DNA from: Candidatus Hadarchaeales archaeon
GTDB taxonomy: Archaea > Hadarchaeota > Hadarchaeia > Hadarchaeales > Hadarchaeaceae
Direction: 5' to 3'
Length of the DNA: 35,924 nt
Assembly (NCBI GenBank): GCA_038872135.1
Contig: JAVZGN010000010.1
Coordinates: forward strand, 1 to 35,924
Position numbers and translations under genes: made by a program. Below are positions 7,902-18,869 of this stretch, piece after piece; position 1 is the stretch's first letter; each line of letters opens with the position of its first letter. Under the pieces are notes generated by a model. It was not told where the DNA came from. It saw nothing but the letters and a program-made list of their open reading frames with translations, and searched no databases.

Positions 7902-8858
7902 TCACCTCCTTCCAAATTTATCCCATGTGAACGGCCCACGGGAAAACAGCCTGAACGGCCTTTTCGGTTTCTCGGGAGATGGAATCCCGCGAAGGCCCCC
8001 CATTTTGCCATCGGCTTGGAAAAAGCATCTGCCAATCCCCCAAGAGGATGCGAGAAGCAGCCTCAGGAGAACTGACATCCCTATGAGCGCTACGAATGCT
8101 AAACCAAACCCAGTGGTGGGGGCAAGCGCTGGTGAAATTTCCAGTTTTCCGTCGTTGCTAACTGTGGCCGTTAAACCTGAAGTCTTGTCTCCGGTTAATG
8201 TTGCTTGGGGAACATCTGCTGGTGTCGCTGGGGGTGCTTCCTCGGTACCATGGGTTGTTTGCTGAATGTCCACATTGTCTGCGGGGGTAACGGCTGGGGC
8301 TGGGGTTCCCGGGAAAGAAATCACAGGGCGGTAAACCGCAGAAGAATAGAAAGTTTGAGGTGGAGTGATCACCACCTGCTGCACATCCCGAGTTTCCATG
8401 ACTATCAAATCAGAAGACTCTTCAACAAAATCGTCGGTGGGTAAGAGAGAAACGGCCGACTCTTCCTCCACAACCTCTTGATTCTCGGTTTCCAGCAGCA
8501 ATTCGTTTTCGGCTGGAACCGGCTCCCCATCGTTTGGTGTGTCCTCCAAGAGATCCTGATTTTCCTGAGCCTCGTCTAATGGCTGCTCCACCGTCTCTCC
8601 CAGAACCTCATTTTCTCTCCCCACTCCATCCAAAGGATCTGAAATTGTTTGGGTGTTATCATCTTCTCTTTCACCGAAGCGCTTGAAAACAGCATTGTCG
8701 TTGGCATGAGAAATTGCGATTTCAATTCCGGGGGCTTCTGAAGCCGGAAATTCTTCAAAATCTGTCTTTTTCTTGGCTATCCCCACTGGTGCTGTGCCGA
8801 GTAGAATCACCATCAGGCACACTGCTCCAACCTTCACTGAATTCATTTTCATCCTCAA
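7902..8858 (-). CDS. Hypothetical secreted/membrane-anchored acidic low-complexity protein
   Basis: N-terminal signal-peptide-like segment, Glu/Asp-rich then Pro/Thr/Ala-rich body, C-terminal TM (FGLAFVALIGMSVLLRLLL) and basic tail. Confidence 0.7.
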   Translation of the reverse strand: MRMKMNSVKVGAVCLMVILLGTAPVGIAKKKTDFEEFPASEAPGIEIAISHANDNAVFKRFGEREDDNTQTISDPLDGVGRENEVLGETVEQPLDEAQENQDLLEDTPNDGEPVPAENELLLETENQEVVEEESAVSLLPTDDFVEESSDLIVMETRDVQQVVITPPQTFYSSAVYRPVISFPGTPAPAVTPADNVDIQQTTHGTEEAPPATPADVPQATLTGDKTSGLTATVSNDGKLEISPALAPTTGFGLAFVALIGMSVLLRLLLASSWGIGRCFFQADGKMGGLRGIPSPEKPKRPFRLFSRGPFTWDKFGRR

Positions 8859-8987
8859 GCGACACTATGCCCCAATCACGTGCTTAAAGGAAGGAAGAGG
8901 GGGATAATGTTTCGGGGTTAATCGAAAGATATTTAAATAAACTCCGAATACAACAAAACTTTCCGGTTTTCGCATTTTCACGAAATC

Positions 8988-9057
8988 TTTAAAAATAAAG
9001 TAGTTTTTTTCTATATAAATAAAGTTTAAATTTTAAATTAGTAAAAAATTAATTAAA
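8988..9057. promoter_or_regulatory. Extremely AT-rich tract in divergent intergenic region (multiple TATA-like boxes)
   Basis: Only 5 G/C in 70 nt; contains TATATAAA and several TTTAAA. Confidence 0.5.
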
Positions 9058-9141
9058 CATCTCTGGGAAAACTGCTGAAGCTAATCCCCTGCCGACCCAT
9101 GTAAATATTAAAAACTGCATGAATGATTTAGAAATGAGACA

Positions 9142-9987
9142 TTGCCAGTTCTTTCAATTGTGGGAACGAAAGGTGGTGTAGGAAAGTCAACCATCGCCAT
9201 GGGCACGGCCATTTGGCTGAGCAAACTCCAGGACGAGCTTGTGCTTCTGGTGGACGGAGACATCCACGTGAGGACGATAGAGCTCAAGATGTGTCCGAAA
9301 ACAGACATCACCCTCGCCCAAGTCCTCGAAGGAAAACATGAACTTGTGGATGCCATCTACAGGTGCCAGCTAACTGCCAAGGACAAGTGGCTTTACCCGA
9401 AGCTCTCCATCTTGCCAGCGGGAAAGAGATTTATGCCCCTGGGAGGTAGAGACATCTTCAAATATCTCACAACCACCATAAACAGGTTTGAAAAAATGAT
9501 GGAAACTCTGAGAGAGTATTTTCCCTACATCATCGTGGACACTCCCCCATCTGTAACATTTGAGCATTTCATCCTCACCTCAATCGCCGATGGCCTCATC
9601 TTTGTGACCACGCCTGATGTTGTCTCCATCTTCTCCAGTAAAGAGACGGCTGCTGGCCTCAAAGAGATGCTGGGAATTGACACAGTAGGGACGATCTTGA
9701 ACAAGGTCCCCCTCTACTTCACGCAGGCTGAGGAGGAAAACTGGGAAAACTACAGCGCAACTATCGCCCCGCTTCTTGGAAAAATTTACAAGGAGGACCT
9801 TGTAGAATTTGCATTTAAAAGAAATCTACCCGTCGTTACCGCATATCCAAATTCTATGGCATCCAACAGCCTGAAGAAGATTGCAAAAAGAGTGGCGAAG
9901 CTTCAGCTGCCCAGAACTAGAGTCTCTTCAAAATTCAAAAGAGCGCTGGCGCTGGCACTCGCGAAGAAGAAAATCAGAAGAAGGTAA
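9142..9987 (+). CDS. MinD/ParA family ATPase
   Basis: Deviant Walker A KGGVGKST, LVDGD, IVDTPP, TTPD..S and ILNK motifs. Confidence 0.88.
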   Translation: MPVLSIVGTKGGVGKSTIAMGTAIWLSKLQDELVLLVDGDIHVRTIELKMCPKTDITLAQVLEGKHELVDAIYRCQLTAKDKWLYPKLSILPAGKRFMPLGGRDIFKYLTTTINRFEKMMETLREYFPYIIVDTPPSVTFEHFILTSIADGLIFVTTPDVVSIFSSKETAAGLKEMLGIDTVGTILNKVPLYFTQAEEENWENYSATIAPLLGKIYKEDLVEFAFKRNLPVVTAYPNSMASNSLKKIAKRVAKLQLPRTRVSSKFKRALALALAKKKIRRR

Positions 9988-10052
9988 GGAAATACTTTCC
10001 GCCTCCCCCCAGAAGATGCTTTAAGGTCTGGAAGAGAAAAAAAGATGATTAC

Positions 10053-12107
10053 GTGCAGATGGAATTTGATGAGATAGTGGGGAGAATTCTCGAAAAAAAT
10101 TCATCGTTAACATATGACGAACTCATGCAAAGGATAAAAAGGAAGCAGGAGGAATTGAAGAACCTGATCACCCCTGAAGGAGCAGCGATTATAATCGCTC
10201 ATGAGCTAAATGTCGATCTTGGAACCCAACCCCCGCAGATCGTCCCCCTTTACATTGAAGATCTCGCTCCAGGGATGTCGAGGGTTGATGTTGTCGGCCG
10301 AGTTGTGAGGGTTGTGGGGCCAAAAGATTTTGCGAAACAAACCGGAAGGGGCGGGAGCAGAGGGGTCCTCTGGCTCATGGACAAAACCGCAAGCATCAGG
10401 ATGGTTCTGTGGGATGAAAAGACCCAGCTTCTCAGAGAAAAGAAGATAGAGAAGGGGGATGTGATCAGGGTAAGAAATGGGTATGTGAAGATGGGGGTGG
10501 ATGGTCGGCCGGAGCTTCTCCTCGGCAAGCGGGGAACAATCGAGATAATCGGGGCTCAGGACGACCCTAGGGCTGCCGAAGTCCCTCCACTGCCAGCTGG
10601 CCACATGAAGATATCTGAGATCAGGGAGGGGGCTGGAGAGGTGGATGTGGTGGGGAGGGTGGTGAGTGTCGGGAGCGTGAAGACATTTGAAAGGGAAGGG
10701 GGTGAGGGAAAAGTGGCGAGCCTCATCATCTCCGACGGCAGTGAATGGATTAGGGTCTCCCTGTGGGATGAGTGGGCGGAGTTTGTTGGACAGCTCAGAA
10801 CCGGAGATGCCGTGAAGATTGAAAATGCCTCAGTGAGAATTGGACTTGGAAACAGGGTTGAACTGAGCTTAGGAACCGGCGGGAGGATAATAAAAGACCA
10901 TCCTGAGGCCCTGAAGATTCCCGAAAGACCCCGGGAGTATCTAAAGGTTAACGAACTGGATGTTAAAATGCCGTCCGTAAACTTTGCCGGGAGAGTAGTG
11001 AGAAAACTCCCCCCTGTTGATTTTCAGCGGCGAGATGGAAGCAGGGGGAGGGTCATGAGTGCAATTTTGATGGACGAAACAGGAATTATCCGTGCATCAT
11101 TCTGGGATTCCGCCGCCGCCACAGTTGAAAATGTTAAGGCGGGAGATGTCGTTCTCATAGAAAATGGTTACACAAAGCCCGGGGTTGGAAATGCTGTTGA
11201 AATTCACGCCGGCAAAAATGCTACTGTCAAGATAAATCCTCCGGGAATAGATGTTGGACCACCCATTGAGAAAAAGGTAAAAATAAGTGAAATCGGGCCG
11301 AACGCCTGCGGGTTGGTGGTTGCCGGAAGAGTCATCGAGGTGACGCCTCTCAGGGAGTTTGAGAAGGAGGGAAGGAAGGGAAAAGTGGCGTCAATGGTCA
11401 TCGGAGACGAAACATCGCAGGTGAGAGTATCCCTTTGGGGAGCCGTTGCTGAGAGGGTTGAGGAAATAAAGGTTGGAGACATTGTGAGGATTTCTCGCGC
11501 GTATTCTGTTCCCGGAGGCTTGGGCGTTGAACTTGCTGTGGATGAAGATGGAAAGATTGAGGTGAACCCCTCCGGGGAGGAGATCTCCGCCATCGCCCCG
11601 CAAAAAAGAGCTGTAAAAAGAGTTGAGATAGGAGCAATAAACAAGGAGGGGGAGGTTGTGGAAGTTCGTGGAACGATTGTCCATGTTGTCCACAAAAAGC
11701 CCATTTTTGGTGCTTGCCCAAGCTGCGGGAAGAGTCTCAGAAATCTGAATGGAGAAACTGTGTGCGAGGAATGTGGGAAAAGCGTGAAACCGCAGCCAAG
11801 ATGTGTCCTGACATTCACATTGGACGACGGGACCGGGACTCTCAGAGTAACTCTCTTCGGAAAACTCGCTGAAAAAATCGCTGGAGCGACCGCAGAGGAG
11901 ATTGCGGCGAGACTTGAAAAAAACCCAGATGTCGTAAAGTTATATGAAGAAATCAATTTGACAGGAAGGGAAGTGGTGGTGAACGGCGTTATCAGATATG
12001 ATGGTTTCATCGAGGGGTTTGAAATGCTCGGGCGAGAGATCAGGGGGGCGGACCCCTTTGAGGAGACGAGGCTTCTGCTTGAAAGCATAAAAGGTGGAAT
12101 GCCATAA
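10053..12107 (+). CDS. rpa: Replication protein A (ssDNA-binding; 5 OB folds plus Zn finger)
   Basis: Repeated OB units (V.GRV...D.T..IR..LW) and CPSC...CEEC in the last OB. Immediately upstream of radA. Start may be ATG 10059. Confidence 0.92.
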   Translation: MQMEFDEIVGRILEKNSSLTYDELMQRIKRKQEELKNLITPEGAAIIIAHELNVDLGTQPPQIVPLYIEDLAPGMSRVDVVGRVVRVVGPKDFAKQTGRGGSRGVLWLMDKTASIRMVLWDEKTQLLREKKIEKGDVIRVRNGYVKMGVDGRPELLLGKRGTIEIIGAQDDPRAAEVPPLPAGHMKISEIREGAGEVDVVGRVVSVGSVKTFEREGGEGKVASLIISDGSEWIRVSLWDEWAEFVGQLRTGDAVKIENASVRIGLGNRVELSLGTGGRIIKDHPEALKIPERPREYLKVNELDVKMPSVNFAGRVVRKLPPVDFQRRDGSRGRVMSAILMDETGIIRASFWDSAAATVENVKAGDVVLIENGYTKPGVGNAVEIHAGKNATVKINPPGIDVGPPIEKKVKISEIGPNACGLVVAGRVIEVTPLREFEKEGRKGKVASMVIGDETSQVRVSLWGAVAERVEEIKVGDIVRISRAYSVPGGLGVELAVDEDGKIEVNPSGEEISAIAPQKRAVKRVEIGAINKEGEVVEVRGTIVHVVHKKPIFGACPSCGKSLRNLNGETVCEECGKSVKPQPRCVLTFTLDDGTGTLRVTLFGKLAEKIAGATAEEIAARLEKNPDVVKLYEEINLTGREVVVNGVIRYDGFIEGFEMLGREIRGADPFEETRLLLESIKGGMP

Positions 12108-12121
12108 AGAGGGGTGAGGGT

Positions 12122-13081
12122 ATGAAGAGGGTAAATGCAGCTATAGAAGATCTCCCGGGGGTGGGGGAGGCTATAGCCGAGAAGCTGCGCGAGGCTGGAT
12201 ACAGGACGATTGAATCGATTGCCGTGGCATCGATTGGAGAGCTATGTGAAGCCGCTGAGATAGGAGAGGGTGTGGCGAAGAAGATCATTGCGGGGGCAAG
12301 GGAGATGGCGAGGGTTGGAGAGTTCACCACCGGAGACAAGGTCTTGGAGATGAGGGAGAAAATCGGGAGGATAACGACTGGGAGCAAAAAGCTGGATGAG
12401 CTTCTGGACGGAGGAGTGGAAACCCAGGGGGTAACTGAAGCCTTTGGGGAGTTTGGGTCGGGGAAAACCCAGCTTGGGCATCAGCTTGCGGTCAATGTTC
12501 AGCTGCCGGTAGAAAAAGGGGGACTTGAAGGAAAAGCCATCTTCATAGATACTGAGGGGACATTCAGGCCGGAGAGGATCAGAGATATGGCTGTAGCCGT
12601 TGGGCTTGATCCATTCCGAACTCTCAAGAACATCTACTGGGTGAGAGCTTTCAACACCGATGAGCAGATATTGATAACAGAGAAGGCCGAGGAGATGGCG
12701 GAGAAGGAGGACGAGAGGATAAAGCTAATCATCGTTGATTCCCTTATGTCCCACTTCAGGGCGGAGTATCCTGGGAGAGGAAAGCTTGTTGACAGGCAGC
12801 AAAAGATAAACAGGCTCCTGATGATCCTCCACAGAATTGCTTCCCTTCATGACCTCGCTGTTTATGTCACGAACCAAGTTCTGTCTGCCCCAGATGTGTT
12901 TTTTGGTGACCCGACGAGGCCTATAGGGGGGCATGTGGTGGGCCACAGTGTTACCACTAGGATATACTTGAGAAAATCAAAGGCTCCGAAGAGGATTGCA
13001 AGGATTTATGACAGCCCCGCCCTGCCGGAAAATGAGGCTGTCTTTGCCATCCTCTCAGATGGAATAAGGGATTTGCAGTAG
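12122..13081 (+). CDS. radA: DNA repair and recombination protein RadA
   Basis: N-terminal HhH (DLPGVG), Walker [35 protein letters not shown] and GGHVVGH. No intein seen. Confidence 0.98.
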   Translation: MKRVNAAIEDLPGVGEAIAEKLREAGYRTIESIAVASIGELCEAAEIGEGVAKKIIAGAREMARVGEFTTGDKVLEMREKIGRITTGSKKLDELLDGGVETQGVTEAFGEFGSGKTQLGHQLAVNVQLPVEKGGLEGKAIFIDTEGTFRPERIRDMAVAVGLDPFRTLKNIYWVRAFNTDEQILITEKAEEMAEKEDERIKLIIVDSLMSHFRAEYPGRGKLVDRQQKINRLLMILHRIASLHDLAVYVTNQVLSAPDVFFGDPTRPIGGHVVGHSVTTRIYLRKSKAPKRIARIYDSPALPENEAVFAILSDGIRDLQ

Positions 13082-13090
13082 GGGAGAAGA

Positions 13091-13780
13091 TTGATAAAGC
13101 TTCTGGCTGTGGACATAGACGGAACTATCACTTTTGAGGATAGACGCCTTGATCTCGCGGCGGTGGAAGCACTGAGAAAAGCTGAGAGCAGTGGAATGAG
13201 GGTTGTGTTGGCCACTGGAAATATTGCGGAATTTGCTGAGGCAGCATGTGTGCTCATCGGAACATCTGGAGACTTCATCGCTGAAGATGGGGGAATTGTG
13301 TTTGACAAAGAGAAGAAGGAGGAGATAATCCTGGGAGGACGTGGGGAGGCGGAAAAAGGGCTTTCTGCCCTCAGAGAGGTCTTCCCCACGATTGCCGAGA
13401 CAAGACAATCTCCAAAGAGATTGACGGGGCTGACGATAGAAAGGACCATTTCTGCAAAGGATGCTCAAAAAATTTTTTCTGAAAGGGGATTGAACCTGGT
13501 GGCGATTGATTCTGGGTTTGCGATCCATATAAAAGAGCCAAAGATAAACAAAGGAGAGGCCTTGGCGCTGCTGGCCGCGAGGAAGAACCTGAGGATGGCG
13601 GAGATTGCCGCGATCGGGGACGCCCTGAATGACGTTGAGATGCTGAAGCGGGCCGGTGTGAGCTTTGCCGTGGGAAATTCTTGTGAAGAGGTGAAGAAAA
13701 TTGCAACCCACAGACTTGAGGAAAATCATGGAAAAGGGGTTGCGAGGGCTGTGGAGATCCTGCTCAGGATGAAGGGGTAA
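13091..13780 (+). CDS. HAD-superfamily phosphoglycolate phosphatase (TA0175/Cof-type)
   Basis: DIDGTIT, LATGN, INKG and GDALND motifs. Confidence 0.9.
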   Translation: MIKLLAVDIDGTITFEDRRLDLAAVEALRKAESSGMRVVLATGNIAEFAEAACVLIGTSGDFIAEDGGIVFDKEKKEEIILGGRGEAEKGLSALREVFPTIAETRQSPKRLTGLTIERTISAKDAQKIFSERGLNLVAIDSGFAIHIKEPKINKGEALALLAARKNLRMAEIAAIGDALNDVEMLKRAGVSFAVGNSCEEVKKIATHRLEENHGKGVARAVEILLRMKG

Positions 13781-14480
13781 CCTTAAACTGAAAAGCGAGC
13801 ATCTTGAATTCTCTCGCTGCGAGAGACTGTGGGGCTTTTGTTATCACAGGTTCTCCGAGGGCGATAGACTGCCTGACGGCCCTATCCTCAGGGATGACGC
13901 CTAGGATGGGAATGTCGAGAATCATGGAGATTTCCCTTGGAGGAATGTCCAAACCTGTCTCTGTTGCTCTGGTGACTATCGCTCCTATACTTTTCAGACC
14001 GAGCTTCTCGGCCACGAGCTTTGTCTTGATTGCATTTGAAACTGCAGCGAGGTCAGGGGTGACGACGATGACAGCCTCCTTCGCCTGACTCATTGCCGTT
14101 ATCGCATCCCTGTCGAGGCCTGAGGGGACATCGATGAAAACAAACTGGAACATCTTGGAGAGCTGCTGTACGACGTTCTTTATCCCCTCCAGCTTCGCCT
14201 TCCTTATCCCCTCCATGCTCACGCCTCCGGGGACAACTTTCACCCCCTCGGGCCCGCTGGCAATCGCCTTCCTGATGGGCGCCTCCCCTGCCAAAACATC
14301 GTGAAGGGTGACCTTGTGGTCCTCAACTCCCAGGAGGATTGCGAGGTCTGCCATCATCACATCTGCATCTAGAAGGACTATTTTTCTCCCCAGTCTCGCC
14401 ATTGCCACTCCGAGGTTGGCAACTACTGTGGTCTTTCCCGTTCCCCCTTTACTGCCTATGAATGCAATTATCCTAGACAT
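13764..14480 (-). CDS. minD: MinD-family ATPase
   Basis: KGGTGKTT..ANLG, LDAD, TLHDVLAGEA, IDVPSG, VVTPD, IPED..VR motifs of archaeal MinD. Confidence 0.9.
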   Translation of the reverse strand: MSRIIAFIGSKGGTGKTTVVANLGVAMARLGRKIVLLDADVMMADLAILLGVEDHKVTLHDVLAGEAPIRKAIASGPEGVKVVPGGVSMEGIRKAKLEGIKNVVQQLSKMFQFVFIDVPSGLDRDAITAMSQAKEAVIVVTPDLAAVSNAIKTKLVAEKLGLKSIGAIVTRATETGLDIPPREISMILDIPILGVIPEDRAVRQSIALGEPVITKAPQSLAAREFKMLAFQFKVTPSS

Positions 14481-14538
14481 TGGCTACTCCTCCAGCAACA
14501 ATTATTAAAGGGTTTTATGGCTAAAAAGACTGAGTGAC

Positions 14539-14907
14539 TTACTCTTCCAGAATTGTTTTTACCCTCTCCACAAGCTCTGGGGGATCAAACGGCTTCGTGA
14601 GGTAATGCTGGACCCCGAGTTCATCCATTTTCTTCCTGGCATCGCTCTCTATGGTCACGGCGGTTATGAATGCCACCTTCTGGTTTTTGTTTATCTTCCT
14701 GATTCTCTTGTAGACCTCCCATCCATCCATCTCTGGCATCATCACATCAAGCAGGACCAGGTCGGGTTTTTCCTTTGGTAGCTTCTCCAGACACTCTTGA
14801 CCGCTGTTGCAGGTGACAACTTTGAAGCCTGCCTTTTTCAAAATCTTTTCTATGAGCTTTGTGATGTCGGGCTCATCGTCGACGGCCATTATTTTCGCCA
14901 TGCCCAC
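14539..14907 (-). CDS. Single-domain response regulator (CheY-like receiver)
   Basis: VDDE, LLDVMMPEMDG, FITA and TKPF; all phospho-site residues are intact. Start may be 14901. Confidence 0.93.
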   Translation of the reverse strand: MGMAKIMAVDDEPDITKLIEKILKKAGFKVVTCNSGQECLEKLPKEKPDLVLLDVMMPEMDGWEVYKRIRKINKNQKVAFITAVTIESDARKKMDELGVQHYLTKPFDPPELVERVKTILEE

Positions 14908-14965
14908 CGTTTTAACCTGCTCTCCTACATTTTAAAATCCTCCGCTCGGGTAGATTTTGGATGAG

Positions 14966-15652
14966 ATGAAGGTGGGAATTATTGCTGATGTCCATTCAAA
15001 CATCTGGGCCCTCGGAGCTGTTCTCGGGAAGCTTGGGGATGTTGAGAGGATAGTCTGCGCTGGGGACATAACTGGGTCCTACACCAGACCGAACGAGGTG
15101 GTCAAAATTCTGGCTGAAAAAAATGTTCTGGCGGTTCTTGGAGAGCATGACCGGGCGCTACTCTCCGGTGAAACCCGGGAATTGAGGGGGGCCGGGAGGA
15201 TGGCCGCTGTCTGGTCGAGGGGGATTGTAAATGGAAAAACCCTACGATTTTTGAAGAAACTAAGACCAAGCGTAACTTTCAGGATTGGGGGGCGCAGGGT
15301 TCTAATCGCCCACAGAACTCCTGGTGGTGAATTTCCCGATGGAATTCTCCCTGATACCAGCAGCAGGGATGTTGCCCGCGCTGTGATGGAAACTGATGCC
15401 GATATCATCATCTTGGGGCACACCCACATCCCACTTAGGAGGATGGCCTTGGGGAAAATCATCGTGAACCCTGGGAGCGTTGGGCAGCCGAGAGATAGGG
15501 ACCCGAGGGCCAGCTATGCTATTCTGAAACTTGGGGAAGATGTGGAGGTGGAGTTTCACAGGGCGGAATATGATGTTGATGCTGCGGCAAGAGAGGTCAT
15601 CGAGGTCGGGCTGGATGAGGAGCTGGCCACGAGGCTCAAAGTTGGGTGGTAG
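14966..15652 (+). CDS. Calcineurin-like metallophosphoesterase (YfcE/MJ0912-like)
   Basis: ADVHSN, GDI.G, GEHD, GHTH and NPGSVGQPRD motifs. Confidence 0.9.
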   Translation: MKVGIIADVHSNIWALGAVLGKLGDVERIVCAGDITGSYTRPNEVVKILAEKNVLAVLGEHDRALLSGETRELRGAGRMAAVWSRGIVNGKTLRFLKKLRPSVTFRIGGRRVLIAHRTPGGEFPDGILPDTSSRDVARAVMETDADIIILGHTHIPLRRMALGKIIVNPGSVGQPRDRDPRASYAILKLGEDVEVEFHRAEYDVDAAAREVIEVGLDEELATRLKVGW

Positions 15653-15926
15653 ATGAACCGTATCTCACCTGCTGGATAACCAGAACCTTTTCATTAACAA
15701 CGATAAAATCCCTGACGGAAACTACTGCGCTGTATGGAATGTTGATGAGACCTTGGGCGTCTCGTGGGATAGCCTTGAAAACATCGCCTGAGAGGGGCCT
15801 CACGAGGAGGGAGAGAACTCTTCCATCTTTCTCGTCAAAAGTTATATCAACAACTCTCCCTATCTGAAGGCCCTGGTCGGAGATGACCCCCATTTCCCTC
15901 AGCTTACTGGCTAGCACTTGCGTCAA
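15636..15926 (-). CDS. PRC-barrel protein (family of archaeal cell-division protein CdpB)
   Basis: ASKL..M.V.SDQG..IG.V.DI.FD...G.V...IPY.AV..V.DFI.V PRC-barrel pattern. Confidence 0.85.
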   Translation of the reverse strand: MTQVLASKLREMGVISDQGLQIGRVVDITFDEKDGRVLSLLVRPLSGDVFKAIPRDAQGLINIPYSAVVSVRDFIVVNEKVLVIQQVRYGSSTTQL

Positions 15927-15967
15927 GATGTCACTCGGTAAAATGTCTGTGCCTAGAGTTTAAAAGT

Positions 15968-18501
<2,534 letters not shown>

Positions 18502-18512
18502 GGGCGCACCAA

Positions 18513-18566
18513 TTGTTATATTTATAACAAGAGTATTTAAAGCTTTTGTTATATTTATAACAAAAG
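18513..18566. promoter_or_regulatory. Two identical palindromic operators flanking a TATA box
   Basis: TTGTTATA-TT-TATAACAA at 18513-18530 and 18546-18563; the second extends to 11-bp arms (18543-18566). Minus-strand TTTAAATA lies at 18534-18541. Confidence 0.8.
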
Positions 18567-18605
18567 TTAGGCTTGGGCCGCCCTTATTTTCACGGGGGCG
18601 AATGT

Positions 18606-18785
18606 TTATTCCGCTCTCTTCCCCCTTCTTCCGAGAAGTTGTGTAAGCAACATTTCAGTTTCGGTGCTCGAAAAGGCAATTCTTGAAGATCGTGGAAAAG
18701 ACGCGTATAGCATTGCAACAACACCGGGATATCGACAGGCCCTCCCCTTGCCATCTTGGTTCATTAACAGTTGCTGCTCTTTCAT
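18606..18785 (-). CDS. Possible 59-aa hypothetical ORF
   Basis: MKEQQLLMNQDGKGRAC...LLGRRGKRAE*, preceded by GGTGGTGG. No recognisable motif. Confidence 0.2.
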   Translation of the reverse strand: MKEQQLLMNQDGKGRACRYPGVVAMLYASFPRSSRIAFSSTETEMLLTQLLGRRGKRAE

Positions 18786-18869
18786 GCCACCACCCTTGCT
18801 TTCCTGGAACTAAAAATTTCCGGAGAAAACATTAAATCTATCCATCCCCCTTCCCAATAGGCGTCTACC

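Noticed and set aside
8860-9141. Replication origin
   Set aside because: AT-rich, but no ORB/G-string repeats and no cdc6/orc1 gene in the window.
11204-12088. Long antisense ORFs (294 aa here; also 13055-13729, 25246-25974, 28350-28934, 35162-35737)
   Set aside because: They lie antisense to well-supported genes, are Ser/Pro/Thr/His-rich and have no motifs; codon-bias shadows.
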